A program made the position numbers and the translations under genes. The notes under the pieces are model-generated. The model was not told the origin of the DNA. It saw only the letters and a list, made by a program, of their open reading frames with translations, and made no database searches. DNA of 64,000 bases, from NCBI GenBank assembly GCA_023213395.1, contig CM041465.1:245341741-245405740 (forward strand), written 5' to 3'. The stretch comes from Cycas panzhihuaensis (Eukaryota; Plantae; Cycadophyta). Positions 39,456 through 51,509 of this stretch are shown piece by piece (position 1 is the stretch's first letter; each line of letters opens with the position of its first letter).

Positions 39456-42400
39456 AAATCCTTCTTACTTGTGCTAAGGGAACAAAGGTAAGATTTGAGT
39501 ATTTTAATTAATCTATTGTAAACTACACTATAGGGAATGCACCAGGAGGAGGAATATACACGAGTAATAGCCAGAACTTTGGTACATAGTCGATATATTC
39601 CTTCAAACAATAAGAGTTTAGAATTCCACAAATGTAGCTTACTATCTACCCTATTATTTACACAAGTCTATTTGCCTATTAAGGAGGCTCAGAATCCAAA
39701 AGGTATGCTAATGAATTTGAATATTTTTCTAGATTTGATCTATAAGATCATTCATATAATTTGGCCTAATTAGGAGTACTAATGGGAGACTAAGGATAGC
39801 AAGTTGTTTTTTTCCATAGGATTTTAGATCTAGAAGCAATGTAGAAATTTGAATAGCCGAAGGGGTTTGAGAGATAGAGTCTAGTTTAGTCCTTAGAAAG
39901 GAATCCTTAACAAAGTGACCACTAATTGTCTATTTATTATTAGGTCTAAGAAGGTATATACCTTTGATAGATCAAAGGTTGGCCTTGCCTTGAATAAGAT
40001 ACCCTAGCACATTAACATCAAGCACACATAGGGCAGGAGCAAGGGGGTAATCTTGTTTGATAGATCTTTACATACCAACAAGTTTTGCAACAACTTCATT
40101 CAAGGAAATGCGGGCAAAAAGTTGACTCAGATCAACTAGACAATTCTCTTACCGAATTTTAAAGCAGAAAGTATTTGAAGAATAAAGGGCCATCCAAATC
40201 TATCATTGACTTTTTAAAAATCAATATTCATAAAGAGGATATCATTAGAGGAGGTCCTAGTTCATTCTAGACCTTTCTAAATAGAAATAAGGTTGTTAAA
40301 GGTATATCTACCTTTCATGAAGCTTGTTTGTGCAGCCCTAACAATCTTAGGATGGAAATGTTTGATATGCGTGTTCAACATCTTAGCAAGGATTTTGTAT
40401 AACATATCAAGTAAAGCGATTGGCCTTCAACTAGTGATCAACTTTAGATCTCAATCTCTGGGGACATGTTTGATGTTGCCTTACTTAATTTTGGGCCTTA
40501 GGGATACCATAAAAGGAGCTTCTTGGTAAATTTTAAGTAGGGCTAGAACAATTTTAGGTGGCATTGTAAAATTCATAGGAAAATGCATCAATGCTAAGGG
40601 ATTTTTTTTATTAGCCATATCATGCAAGGCATCAATAAACTCTTCAAGCCTAAAGAGAGCATCACAATCATCCCTGAAATAATGTCTAACATTAAAATGA
40701 ACTACTTGCAAGTAGGCTTGCAATGTTTTGCTTGTGTGCGGAGAAGAATTGTGAGCTGGCAAGACTTAATTATAGTGGTTTGTAAATTCGTCAACTATCT
40801 CAACTTTATAGGTGATTTTTCCCTCTTTAATTTTGAGGTCAAGGGTATCTTTTACAAGGTGCTTTCACCTCGATGCTCGAAAGAAGAACTGAGAGCATAT
40901 AACACCCTCTTTGGTCTAGTGAAGCCTTGCCTTAACTTGAGTACCTCCAACCTTTTGAAGCTTAAAGAGCCAAAGCTCATGGGTGAGCTTGGCAACTTTG
41001 GCTCAGAAAGCTTCTTCAAAGAGATTTTTCTCAAGTTGAAGCTTGGTAGAAGCCAATTCCTTAGTATTTTCCCTATAAATCTCTCTCTTAATGAAGCTGA
41101 CCTGTTTTCTATATCCTCCAAGAAAGGAGCTAATTTTGCTTATATTCTCTTCTCACCAGTGACCCACCCTATATTTGAATGAGGGTGAGGAGACAGGTTC
41201 CAAATTTGTTTAATGCTTTGGAGATAGGATTGGTTTGATGACAGGTGGGAAACATTGAGCTTGAATGGGGGGCTTTTCATGGTCCTTTGTTTTCATTGCA
41301 AGAAATGACAAGGGAAGTAGGGCATTGCTTAGAGAGAGTTGCGTCATTAACCACTTTGATGTGCCTATTGCTTTGTGCACCTATACTAATTTTTGTGAAT
41401 TAATAGGGGGATTGAATATTATAAATCATTTTTATATAAGCTTTGGACCATTTTTATCATATTATATTTTACAAGAAAATTTTGTACATTTACTTCGTGA
41501 TAATTTATACTCAGAAGCATGGTCTATGATATCATACTATGAGCATATAGAAAAGTGAATTGTGTCTAATTGATGCTATGATTTAGGGAAACAAATTAAA
41601 CCATGTTGAGGTTTATCATAGGGGCCTTATAAGCCCAAAACTTGTAGGATGATAAGTGGCATTAAAGGATAATGTACTAAGGGAGGACTAAGACACTTAA
41701 GCTGCATAATTGCTTATGTACCTATGCACATTTATTGATGAGTTATAGCTTAAGAAGGGATAATATGAACAGTGATCGTGCTCTCCTATCAAAGGCACGT
41801 TATAAGAAGGACAAGACTCTTAAGGGTTAGTGTGAAAAAGAATTAAGCTCTTTGAGATCGTTATAAAAGAGTATTAAGTCTCTATAGAGTTAATCACTTT
41901 GGTATGTAAAAGGACCATGCTCACTTGGAAAATTTAGTTTTTGGAGTTCATTTGTTGCACTGATAGGCGCCCTCAGGGCACTTTGGTTGCGATTCACACT
42001 CCGGGCCTATTTTATTTACTCTCGTAACTTTAAAAAAGAGAGAAAAAATATTGACACGTGGTAAATTTTGAGAAATGTATTCACGTTCTACTTGGCTGGC
42101 TCCTTCTGAGATTGCTTTCATTGGTCGTGGTAGACGATGTCATCATCCAAAAATTGGGTCCCTGTTGGGGGTTTGGCGGTGTGACGAGAATGTTTAGTCC
42201 TTTCAAGAGCAGTCAATGTGCCATCTGTTTGAGAGATTTTGTGCTTCTTTTTGAATATATAGTGTGCCTGTCGACGCTCATAGACTGTCAACAGTCTCCA
42301 CTAGTATGCAGTATATTTGGCTCCAAGACACTTGGAATGGTTAAGGGACACTTCTAGGAGCGATTTTGGGTTTTGTCCCAGAAGAAAATCAAGCGAATAA

Positions 42401-44510
42401 GTAAAAATTTTATGTGGGACAATTCTGAGACAGTTTCGATATGCATGGGATGGGTGCAGGTCATAAAAAGTGCTCTTGGGGGATAGTTCCAATGAAACAT
42501 AAGAATGGCACAGGTTGGTTATGACTACAACGAAACAATTCTGGGACAATGAATGATTCTTGAGATAGTTCTGGACATGTAGTAAGGTTGTATGGCTGCA
42601 CAAACATACCAAGCAACACTTATTTGCTGTTAATTAGGGTTTTGGTGTTATGAGAAGTCTAAAGTCATGTTATAAAAGTTGTACCCTTTTGGGTTTTGGC
42701 CATGTAGAAGTGTATAAAAAGGTCATTTCTCTTGTTGGTTGAACGGTGAGAGATGAAACAATTGAGTCAGATGTTATACTCTCAAGGGTGAGAGCCAGAC
42801 ATTGAAGTGATGTCATGTTCTATTCAGTGATGATAACAAAATATGCAGGTTATGAGGCATTCTATGTGATTGATATTAGTTGTTTCTAGTGTTGTGATTG
42901 ATAGGTTGCATATGTGAAGAATGTTGTAAGTTGTCATATATGTTGTAAGAGTGTAGCTCATATCAGCAGGGTAAGAAGGACACAAGATTTTCCATAAAGC
43001 CTCCCCCCCCCTCCCCACTCAAGAAAAACCACCCAACCCTCTTTTTTGCAATCCTGCTTCCTTCCCTCTTTCCCAGGTCTTTTTGCAGACTTGATGCTTT
43101 CTCCTCAATTCTCAATGTCCGTTAAAATGCCCCTTTCCAGCCTTTCTGTTTCTTTCTCATCTTCCTTTTCTCTTTCCTCCTTATTGTGAAGTTCAACCTC
43201 TATTTTTGTTTTTTCCTGCTCTACTCATTATGCTTATGATTACTGATATTGTAGCTGATTGTGTGCAGTTTCCCCTCATTTTAATGTTTCTGCCCATATT
43301 GTCGGTGCTGCGAACTGCTCCCTATTTTCTCATTCTCTGAGATCTCTTATCACCAAGTCCAAGGACCTATGCTTTCTGTCTCATTTTGTCACGGTATCAT
43401 TTGACATTTTCCCTTTGACATTGCCGCTCTATCGTGCCCTTCTTTTCCCTATCATATTTTTTCTGTCCATGATTTAGTTGTTGCCAACTGCTCTTTTATT
43501 TTAGTTCCCTTTTCCTTCAGGGATTCCACTTTATTCTGTAATCTGCCTACCTCTTCCTGATTGTGTCTAATTTGCTTCTAGACTTTTGATCTGCTTTGCC
43601 ATATTGTTAAATTGTGTTTCCTGTTTTTTATCTCTTGCTGATGGATACTCCATGCCTGTTATCAAGCATTTTACTTGAAACACCCAAAGCTCCACATCCC
43701 CTCAACTTTTGGCAAGTGATGTTTTAGTTAGGCTTTACCGGCTTGATCCAAACTCCAATTCATTTGTCGTGCCTCATTTGAACTTCGTTGTTGTTTCTAC
43801 CACCACCTTGTTTTCTGTTCTTTCCTTGTTTCCATTGTCTTGATTGGTTTGGTTCTAACCTTGATGCACCTCTGAAAGAAAAACTTGGAAGTGAGTCTTT
43901 AATGACATTTTGCATTCTACAATGTTCTCTCATTAGTAGTATTCTGAAACCTTTCCAAGGGCTTTATATATTTCAGAAGGTGGGGAAACAGGAGAAGTGA
44001 CTGCCATAGATTGGGAGGATCAACCGGTGCCTTCTTTGAATGGATGATTCTCTCCTTTGTGCCTTGATTTTCTCACAAATGACCAGATGATAGCGCTTTG
44101 CCTATCTTCCTTCATAAACATTAATTTGATGCATATATTTTGTAACATATAAGTATTTTGAGTACTGATCCTTACGATACTTCGACTATAGCAATTTATT
44201 GGCAAATCTTCAGCTAATGGTACCTTTCCCTATCTATGCTCACAAGTTTTTTTTTTTTTGATGCATCTTATTTGTAATGTGTATGGATTTTAAGCCATGA
44301 CCTATATGATACTTTATGCTTCTACTATTTGTTGCAGATGTGGCACATAATAAATCATTTTTTTCTACACATTGCAGTGTTTCAAACTTGATTAATATTT
44401 GTCATCCACTTTGTGATGCATGGGTAGCATTTGAAGCAGTGGATATTCAATTTTTTCTGTAAAAAGCATTACCCTGATTGTGTAGCATAACATTGATTTG
44501 TGGAGCCCAG

Positions 44511-45054
44511 GTCAGGAGACAGGCGTGCTCATGTTTGGAAGAGGTTTTGAGAAGCTACCAAGGCTTCCCAGTACTTGTAATGGCAAGTGAAGGAGTTGGG
44601 AACTTATTTGAGCAGTTTCTTCATATGGCAGGTGGATCAAATTCAGTCAGTACTATAGGCAAAGGCCAAGCTGTGTCAGATGGTTCTACTGGAGCTATGG
44701 AAGTTTTGCACATCCTTAATGCTCTCAAGGTTATTCTACCATTGATGTCAGGAAAGGTTATTTCCAAGCTTCTGGGACACTTTAAATTGTTGATGGGGTT
44801 ACGCCAACCATTTCTTACGAGGCATGTCATGAACATCTTGCACGCACTGTGTATCAGTCCGACTGCAGAACTTTCGGCTACAGGACTGGCAGATCTACTA
44901 GGTTGCTTTTCCTCGTCGATTTCTGCTGAGGGGAAATCAGCAGATGAGGTAATGTTCACAGCACGTTTACTGCACCATGGGATGGAGAAGGTTTATGCCC
45001 TGGACCAGAGCTTGTGTGCAGTTAAACTTCCTGCCATTTTTCATTCACTTGCAG
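44511..45054 (+). CDS. RRP12: RRP12-like, exon 2
   Basis: CAG|GTC acceptor. VRRQACSCLEEVL...SADEVMFTARLL...KLPAIF continues exon 1 in frame. Donor GCAG|GTTTG, phase 1. Confidence 0.92.
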
Positions 45055-45371
45055 GTTTGTATTTTGTAGGCAGGCTTTTTGATGAATTTGTTCTCCTTCT
45101 TGAAGATCTAGTTTCATTATTTGTACAATGTGTGCAATTGTCATGTATCATACTTGAAATGAAACATGCTCTAAAAGTGAAATTGGGTTAATAATGAATG
45201 AGGAGGTATTGGAAGGAGCAAAAAACAATGGAGAATTGCAGTAATAAGAACTGCTTGAATTAATACACAATTTAACAGACAAGGTTGGTACCAGAGAGGG
45301 TCATTGCTGGCATATATAGATTGCTCCTGTTTGCATTATTGTTCATAATGAAAGAAATAGCATGTTATCTT

Positions 45372-45562
45372 CAAGGTTTAGACTGAGTGGTTAAGAGCGA
45401 CCTATTGAAACCTTTGCTTGGGTTCAGTTCCCATGGGATATATTCTGGTTTGTATAGGGTGTGTGAGAGGTGATGCACATGCAGAAAGTGGGTGATACCT
45501 TGTGGGGTTGGATTTATGATCCTTAAGCAGGAGTTACAAAACCCAGAAAAGAAGGAAAATAA
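45372..45562 (+). mobile_element. Possible degenerate tRNA-derived SINE in intron 2
   Basis: A-box-like TAGACTGAGTGG 45379-45390, B-box-like GGTTCAGTTCC 45421-45431, A-rich tail. TSD not convincing. Confidence 0.4.
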
Positions 45563-45720
45563 TGTGTTGATCTCTTGAAAAGACTCGGAATATTAGATTC
45601 AATTTGCTTCCTGCCTGTTGGTAATGCAGGATATAAAATTAATACCAAGTAACATAGCCCAATGCTTAAATATGTGATATAGATGTTAGGATAATGATTC
45701 AAAAATGTTTGTCTTGGCAG

Positions 45721-45975
45721 AAGTTCTGGCTTTCAAGCATGAAGAAGCTATATTTGGTGCCTCAGAGGCATTAAAGTCCCTGATTCAGAATTGTATAGAT
45801 GAAAATTTGATTAAGCAGGGGGTAAGTCAACTTAATCTACATGGTGATGTGGGCAAGCCTGGACCGACCCCAATTGAACGAATATGCACAACTGCAGAGA
45901 GCTTGCTTGGTTATCAATACAGTGCAGCTTGGGATACGGCTTTGCAAGTGCTTTCAGTGATGTTTGACAAACTTG
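45721..45975 (+). CDS. RRP12: RRP12-like, exon 3
   Basis: GGCAG|AA acceptor completes a phase-1 codon. HEEAIFGASEALKSLIQNCIDE...ESLLGYQYSAAWD..MFDKLG. Donor TG|GTATG. Confidence 0.92.
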
Positions 45976-48401
45976 GTATGTTGACATTATAACTATGGAC
46001 GTGCGTCATTCTTTCATGTTGTTTAGAATGTAAGAATACTTTCAAACTAAATTGTATTTTCAAAATTTCATTAATATTCATGGAATCTGTCTGTTGAAGT
46101 CATCAAGGAAATGATTTAACATTTAAACATAAGGTTTAACATGAAGTGGCAGTTTACATAGGCCATTTAGGCATTCTTCCTTAATGAGCAAATTGCCTGC
46201 TTAAGCATTTCTGACTCTGTCCTTGGTTTCTGGGTTAGCTTTAAAGTCCCAGAGTATTTGGTTTTCTTGGAATTCAATAGATCTCTGATGCCTCAACTTT
46301 ATTTATGTTTTACTCTATTAAATTCTTGAGAAGTTTGCTGGATAAATTGCCAAACCTGGCAATTTCTTCAAAGTTTAGTACTTTCTGGAAAGGCTTGTGA
46401 GTTGGCAGAAAACCCAATTTTTGTTCCATGGAGCTCCTTTTGTACTCGCATAATCTATGCTCCTATGTCAGAGGCAGAGTGCTGGACAATCGGGAATTGA
46501 GGCCTTGAAACACTTGGGGGGCTATCCCATTGTGATTCTCCTTTGTATATTTAATTGTGAGATAGCAGTTTTCGAGGTGTAGCCCAAGTTGTGAAGACCT
46601 GTGTTACCGGGTCAGCAAGTATTTAAAACCTATGGGTAGCATGTTGAGCTGTGGGCTACTTGTGTAACTTGGGGTGTGGAGGGGAGGAGGGGTTGCTATG
46701 ATAAAATTGAAGAGGACCAGGCTGCATGGTTTTTGAAACAAAACAGAATCTGGTGAGATACATAATGAGTGGTCAGGCAAGATGTAAAATTTGTTACCGG
46801 TAGGTCATGAATTGTAGCATAAGCAAGGTTACTGGGTTTGTGAACCCAGCACATGAGCCCAGTTTGAATGCTAATCAGTACTAGGAATCGTGTCCAGATT
46901 TGTCTGCCTGAACCCAGTCATAAAACTGCATTAAAAAGAACAATAACTGGGGGAGGGGACTCACTAATTTAAAAAATAACAACTGTAAATAAAATAAAAC
47001 ATTAAAAAAATATTTCTCAAAAAAAACACACTAACTTTAAGTTATTCATACAACTTTCTTTTTACCTTTCCCTTTTTTTATTGTATGAACACCCCCAACC
47101 ATTTAAAAGTAAAAAAATTGCCAAACTTGAATCCCTGAACCCTATTTTTGGAAAGAGGAATTGTATTCTTCAAACCCACAAATCTGCAAAGCCAACATCC
47201 TTAAGTACAAGTAACCTCAAGGCAATAACATTTGTTACATTCAAATTGATAGTTAGTATGGATTGTGTTTTTGAGTATGCATTATTCACAAAACAAAATG
47301 TGTCAATAGAAATACTTGTGTTGCTGCCAAAACATCATGGCCAATATTCATCAACTGCCTTTTATCTTCATTGATATGTCGTGTTACACAAACACTTTCC
47401 CCCTTCCATTTTGATTTCAATATCGATCCTTATTACACACAGTATTAAGCTTACACAAGGTTCTTTTCATATTGTTGTTTAAGGATCTAGACAAGCTTCA
47501 TAAATCCGGTGACCTTGTGTTTAGGGTATTAATGAAATAACAAATCAACAGCAGCATATTCAAAGATCAAGTAGTTGTTTTGTTTTAGTCAAAAAGGAGG
47601 CCTGGAAGGATGCATGACAAGTAAAATATTTAGAAGACAATTTTCTCACAGGTATATTTGTAGTGCAATTCTGTCATCATATGTTCATGGGTTGGTTTCA
47701 TCCCTATTCATATCTCTTTTATGTGTGCTCTAGCACAATGCTATCATCCAACATACATTGTTTTTACTTTTCCCTTATCATAGCTGTTATCCTAGATCCT
47801 ATTTTGGCCTGGTGTTGATGGCTTTTGAGAAGGTGATAAAAGTTGGCATCATCTTTTGTTTAATAATCATAGGCCTTTTGGTCTTCTACGACAATAATAT
47901 ATTTTTTTCCTTTTACTTCACTAGTCATTTATCCTTTCTTTATTGAAATACAAGCGATTGCTTTTTAGTAGGGACTTTATAGCTTCCTTTCAAATATATT
48001 GATGTTCAAGCATATTGATTCTCTTTCTTTATTGAGTAGCTTGTTTCAAGCATGTTTGTGACTAAGCTCATCGTTGGCATTGAGCTAGCTTTAGAAACTC
48101 AGGAGAACAAGTTGAATTAGTTGTCCTCATTGGTCACCAAGTTGATGCCTAACATTGTCATGTTAGATGATTGTGCAACTTGATGTAGCTTTTTGAGCTA
48201 ACTAGCCTAGCCTTCTTGGGGATATGATAAACCTTGGAACATGAATATATATATTTTTTATTGTTTAAGTTCATAGGACATTTTTCAGGATCTTTGTCAA
48301 GTTTGTTTTGTTTCATCCATATTTATTGAGAATGTTTTGGCAACTTGCTTTGGCCCTTCTTTCTGCTTGCTATTTTTTCATGTGAAGCAAAAAATTATGT
48401 A

Positions 48402-49259
48402 TGTAGTGTTCTCGACCTTGCATGCACGAGCCTTCTAGAAGTTGCTACCTAGTTTCACTTTTTAATGGACTTAATTAGTTTATACAACATCAATAAATAA
48501 TAAATAGTTAATAATTGATAAGCAAGATTAGGTTAATAAAAGGCCAAGTGTTTATTTATATAACATATACACCCTCTAATCTATAGTATATTCGCTTTGT
48601 AACTATCATCATCAATTCAATATTATTTAGTACAATTTATTGGCCTTCAAAGAACAAACCTTCCATTTATAGGTGTTCATCAATGGGCATTGCTCTAGAC
48701 TTCCATGGTAGTGTGCATTAATCATTCAATTAATTATGATCTAGTATAATTGAAAATGTTTGCTTTTCAATGTTACTTGGTAATGGGCCTACCTAGCAAA
48801 CTTGTGGATAATAAGACCATAATGTTAGAACCTTCATTCCTAAGCATTAAGTCTTGACCTTGGGTATTAGTATTTTTGTCACTTTAGGCCCTTTATCCTA
48901 AAGTGTTCATTTGTTTGATTATAAAATTGTTTTTTGTCTTGTAGTGACTTTTCTCACATGTGCTTGTGAGAAGTCAACTTTTGTGGGCTCTATCCTTATC
49001 CTTGGAGATAGAAGAGTCCTAATCAGATTTGTCTTTTAGTCTTGATTAGTGACATGTGGAGAAATCTTGATCGTGCAAACTTCTTTATAAGGAGCCCTAT
49101 TCTCATGTTTTGGCATGTAGTATTTTGAGTAAGAGTTATGCTGCTATGAGTGTCTCTTGTAGGCGAAGTGTTGAGATGAATTCTCCTTCACACTTGTGTT
49201 TATGATAGGTTGAGTTGAAGTGCAATACTCCTCCCTATCATCTTTTGTGTTGTACTACA
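48402..49259. mobile_element. Candidate solo LTR
   Basis: TGTAGT...ACTACA inverted termini and a TATA-like motif near 49085. No matching TSD. Confidence 0.35.
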
Positions 49260-50178
49260 TCATTTCATTAATCTAAGTGTATAGTCCTTCATATTTCGAT
49301 GTCCTCTTTAGCTTCTCATTAGATTCTGGCACCTGTATCTTCTCCATTTCGTCTTTCACATACACATTTATCATATCTCTCTCATAGCCCTAATCAATGA
49401 TGGAGAAGATATAAAATTGTTGTCACTTGAATTGATGATTTACTACACTCTATATTGAGTTTGTAACCTACTTTTCCCTCTTTTTTTTTTTTGTTGAAAT
49501 TGTGCCTGCACACTTGTGATTGCTCATGAACTTGTCTTGATTATTCAATGTATGGTAGAAACATTTATACAACATTGAGACAAAGCATGTTCAACACTTG
49601 TCAGTCATGTAGTCACTTTCTATCTATGTTAACTAGAGCACAACAGTGAAATTAAAGTGCAAGAAGAACTTTCTAATTGTATAAGAGAATAAGTACTATT
49701 TTAACACTTCCCCCCACACAGCCCCCCCAAATCGCCACCAAATAATATTTATTCTATTAGCCCTAACGTTTATTTGATCTATGAAAAATTGGAACTTATT
49801 TTTGTTGTTAGGCTTGGTGAAAATGTTGATGAGTTGCTTCTCACTAGGACAACATATTAATTCTATTTCCTTCTCTTGAACCTTTTCCCTTATGAAGTGA
49901 TGATGAACTTCAATATGCTTTGTTCAGGCATGAAATACATGATTTTTGGCCAACTTAATTACACTTTGATTGTTGCAACACATTGGACTAAGGGTTTTAT
50001 TGAGTTTGGTTCATATCTTCTGGAATTTTTTAAAACCAAATTGTCTCACAAGTGGATCTCACAATTGTTTTATATTCTAGTTCTATGGTTGATAGAGGCA
50101 TTAATGCTTGTTTCTTCCTATTTCAAGACACTATTGTAGAATCAAAGCTGAAGCAGTGTCTTGAAGTTGATTTCCTAT

Positions 50179-50661
50179 TGACTTGCCCTTGAGTGGTTCT
50201 CAAAGATTCTTAACTAAGTGGTTTTCAAAGGTTCTCAAAGGTTCATCAAGGTTGGACAACTGCTTAAATAAGATTCTTGGTGGTTTGTCCTAACTGCGAC
50301 AACTCTTAACCAACAAAAGTCCTAGCCACATGCAATAACTAGGAACGTTGCTTGAAAATAGTTATGTTTCCGCTAATCCATGCTAACTTTAGACTTAGGA
50401 CGTTGCAGATGTATTGACTTCAAAGTTAACACAAACAAGCAAAAATGGAAGAAAATCAAAAGTACTAACTTGGAAAACTAATGGTGGGAATTCTCCCCAT
50501 CCATTTGAGGCTAATGTCCCCTAAAATGATTCTTACAATTGCCTCATAATCTACATACAACTTGTACATCAAATGTTCCAAATGTACACAAAAATGAAAA
50601 ATTGAGAAGAGGAAAAAGATGAAAAAATGGGGATGATGAGGCACCAAATTGGGTCTCATCA
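50179..50661. mobile_element. Solo LTR (483 bp) inserted at the start of the outer Copia RNase H
   Basis: TG...CA ends. Perfect TSD CCTAT (50174-50178, 50662-50666). Removal restores DDRKSTS. Confidence 0.8.
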
Positions 50662-51144
50662 CCTATCATCATACTCTTTTACCCAATTTGAATTATTGTA
50701 TATGATCATTTGAAATTTAGCAGATCTTGTATATTCTAGTCCATAGTTCAGTGCCCCCTCTATATACCTGAGAATTCTCTTTGCTGCTTTCTAGTGTGAT
50801 TATTAGGGTGAATTCATGAATCTAGATACCATTCCTACTGTGAACATGATATCGGGTGTTGTTGAGGTTAGGTAGATCAAGCTTCCAATTAGTCTCTTGT
50901 ATGTGGTTTCATCAACAATGGCACTTTGATCCTTAACTGTTAGTTTGCATCTTGTTTCCATGGGAGTGGTTGCTAGTTTATATTTTGCCATCTTGAACTT
51001 GTGGAGAAGTTCCTTGGTATGTCTTGTTTGGGACATGAAGATTTGATCTTGTCTTTGATCTCCTTCAACTCCTAGATTGTAATGTAGAAGTCCCATGTTT
51101 GTCATTTCATGGGTTTGCATTATCTTGTTTTTTATTGCGTTAAT

Positions 51145-51509
51145 AGGCACCCTTAGATAACTTGGGGGCGTGGACTCTCTCCACTCTCAGGGGTAGTATA
51201 AACTCCCCTTTAAAAAAAAATAAATAAATAAAAAAAGATGAAACATGACAAAGAATAATTTGAATCGGAGAAGAACAATTTTGTGGGCACGTGGCAACTA
51301 ATGGAATTTGAATTCAATTATGTAAAGACTCCAGATAGAATATGCAATTGTCTCCGCCACATACAGCCAACTCATTTCAATAGTTGTGAGTATTCCTTCC
51401 TGTCATGCGACTGACTCGTGTTCGATCCGCTGATTTGAAAACACGGTTTTTAGCTCTCATAGGGTTGCCTATCGGCGCTTACAGACTGTTTACAGTCTAC
51501 ACTAGTGTA
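51145..51509. mobile_element. ~365-bp non-coding insertion in the Copia RT, MITE-like, carrying a tRNA-Asp-derived segment
   Basis: Splits RT frame SDDQNI|NAIKNK. Flanking GTTAAT/GTCAAT. Inverted repeat ATAGGCACCCT / AGGGTTGCCTAT. Confidence 0.65.
51380..51428 (+). pseudogene. tRNA-Asp(GTC)-derived fragment
   Basis: ATAGTTGTGAGTATTCCTTCCTGTCATGCGACTGACTCGTGTTCGATCC aligns ungapped (~40/49) with the plant cytosolic tRNA-Asp sequence as recalled. Anticodon GTC at 51402-51404. Stems broken. Confidence 0.75.

Larger units (their letters stand above)
31750..41400 (-). mobile_element. Old, fragmented L1 LINE ORF2 in intron 1, interrupted by LTR elements
   Basis: RT remnants (RPIALLDMLYKILAK, MNIDF). 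WNSKLLL..SKKDF joins across an insertion to CRVEWAICHQKTAKGSLGTIDIKRQG. zf-RVT-like RLKKIWK near 32750. Boundaries approximate. Confidence 0.75.

Noticed and set aside
40622-41182. 186-aa + strand ORF and other short ORFs antisense to TE genes
   Set aside because: Shadow frames of LINE and LTR coding sequence.
41520-42965. Solo LTR
   Set aside because: LTR-like composition and CA end, but no consistent start or TSD.
51368-51440. Functional tRNA-Asp gene
   Set aside because: Acceptor, anticodon and T stems do not pair properly.
51480-51509. Definite Helitron or CACTA end (hairpin+CTAG; TAGTG)
   Set aside because: No matching 5' TC or CACTA terminus. Kept only as a possibility.
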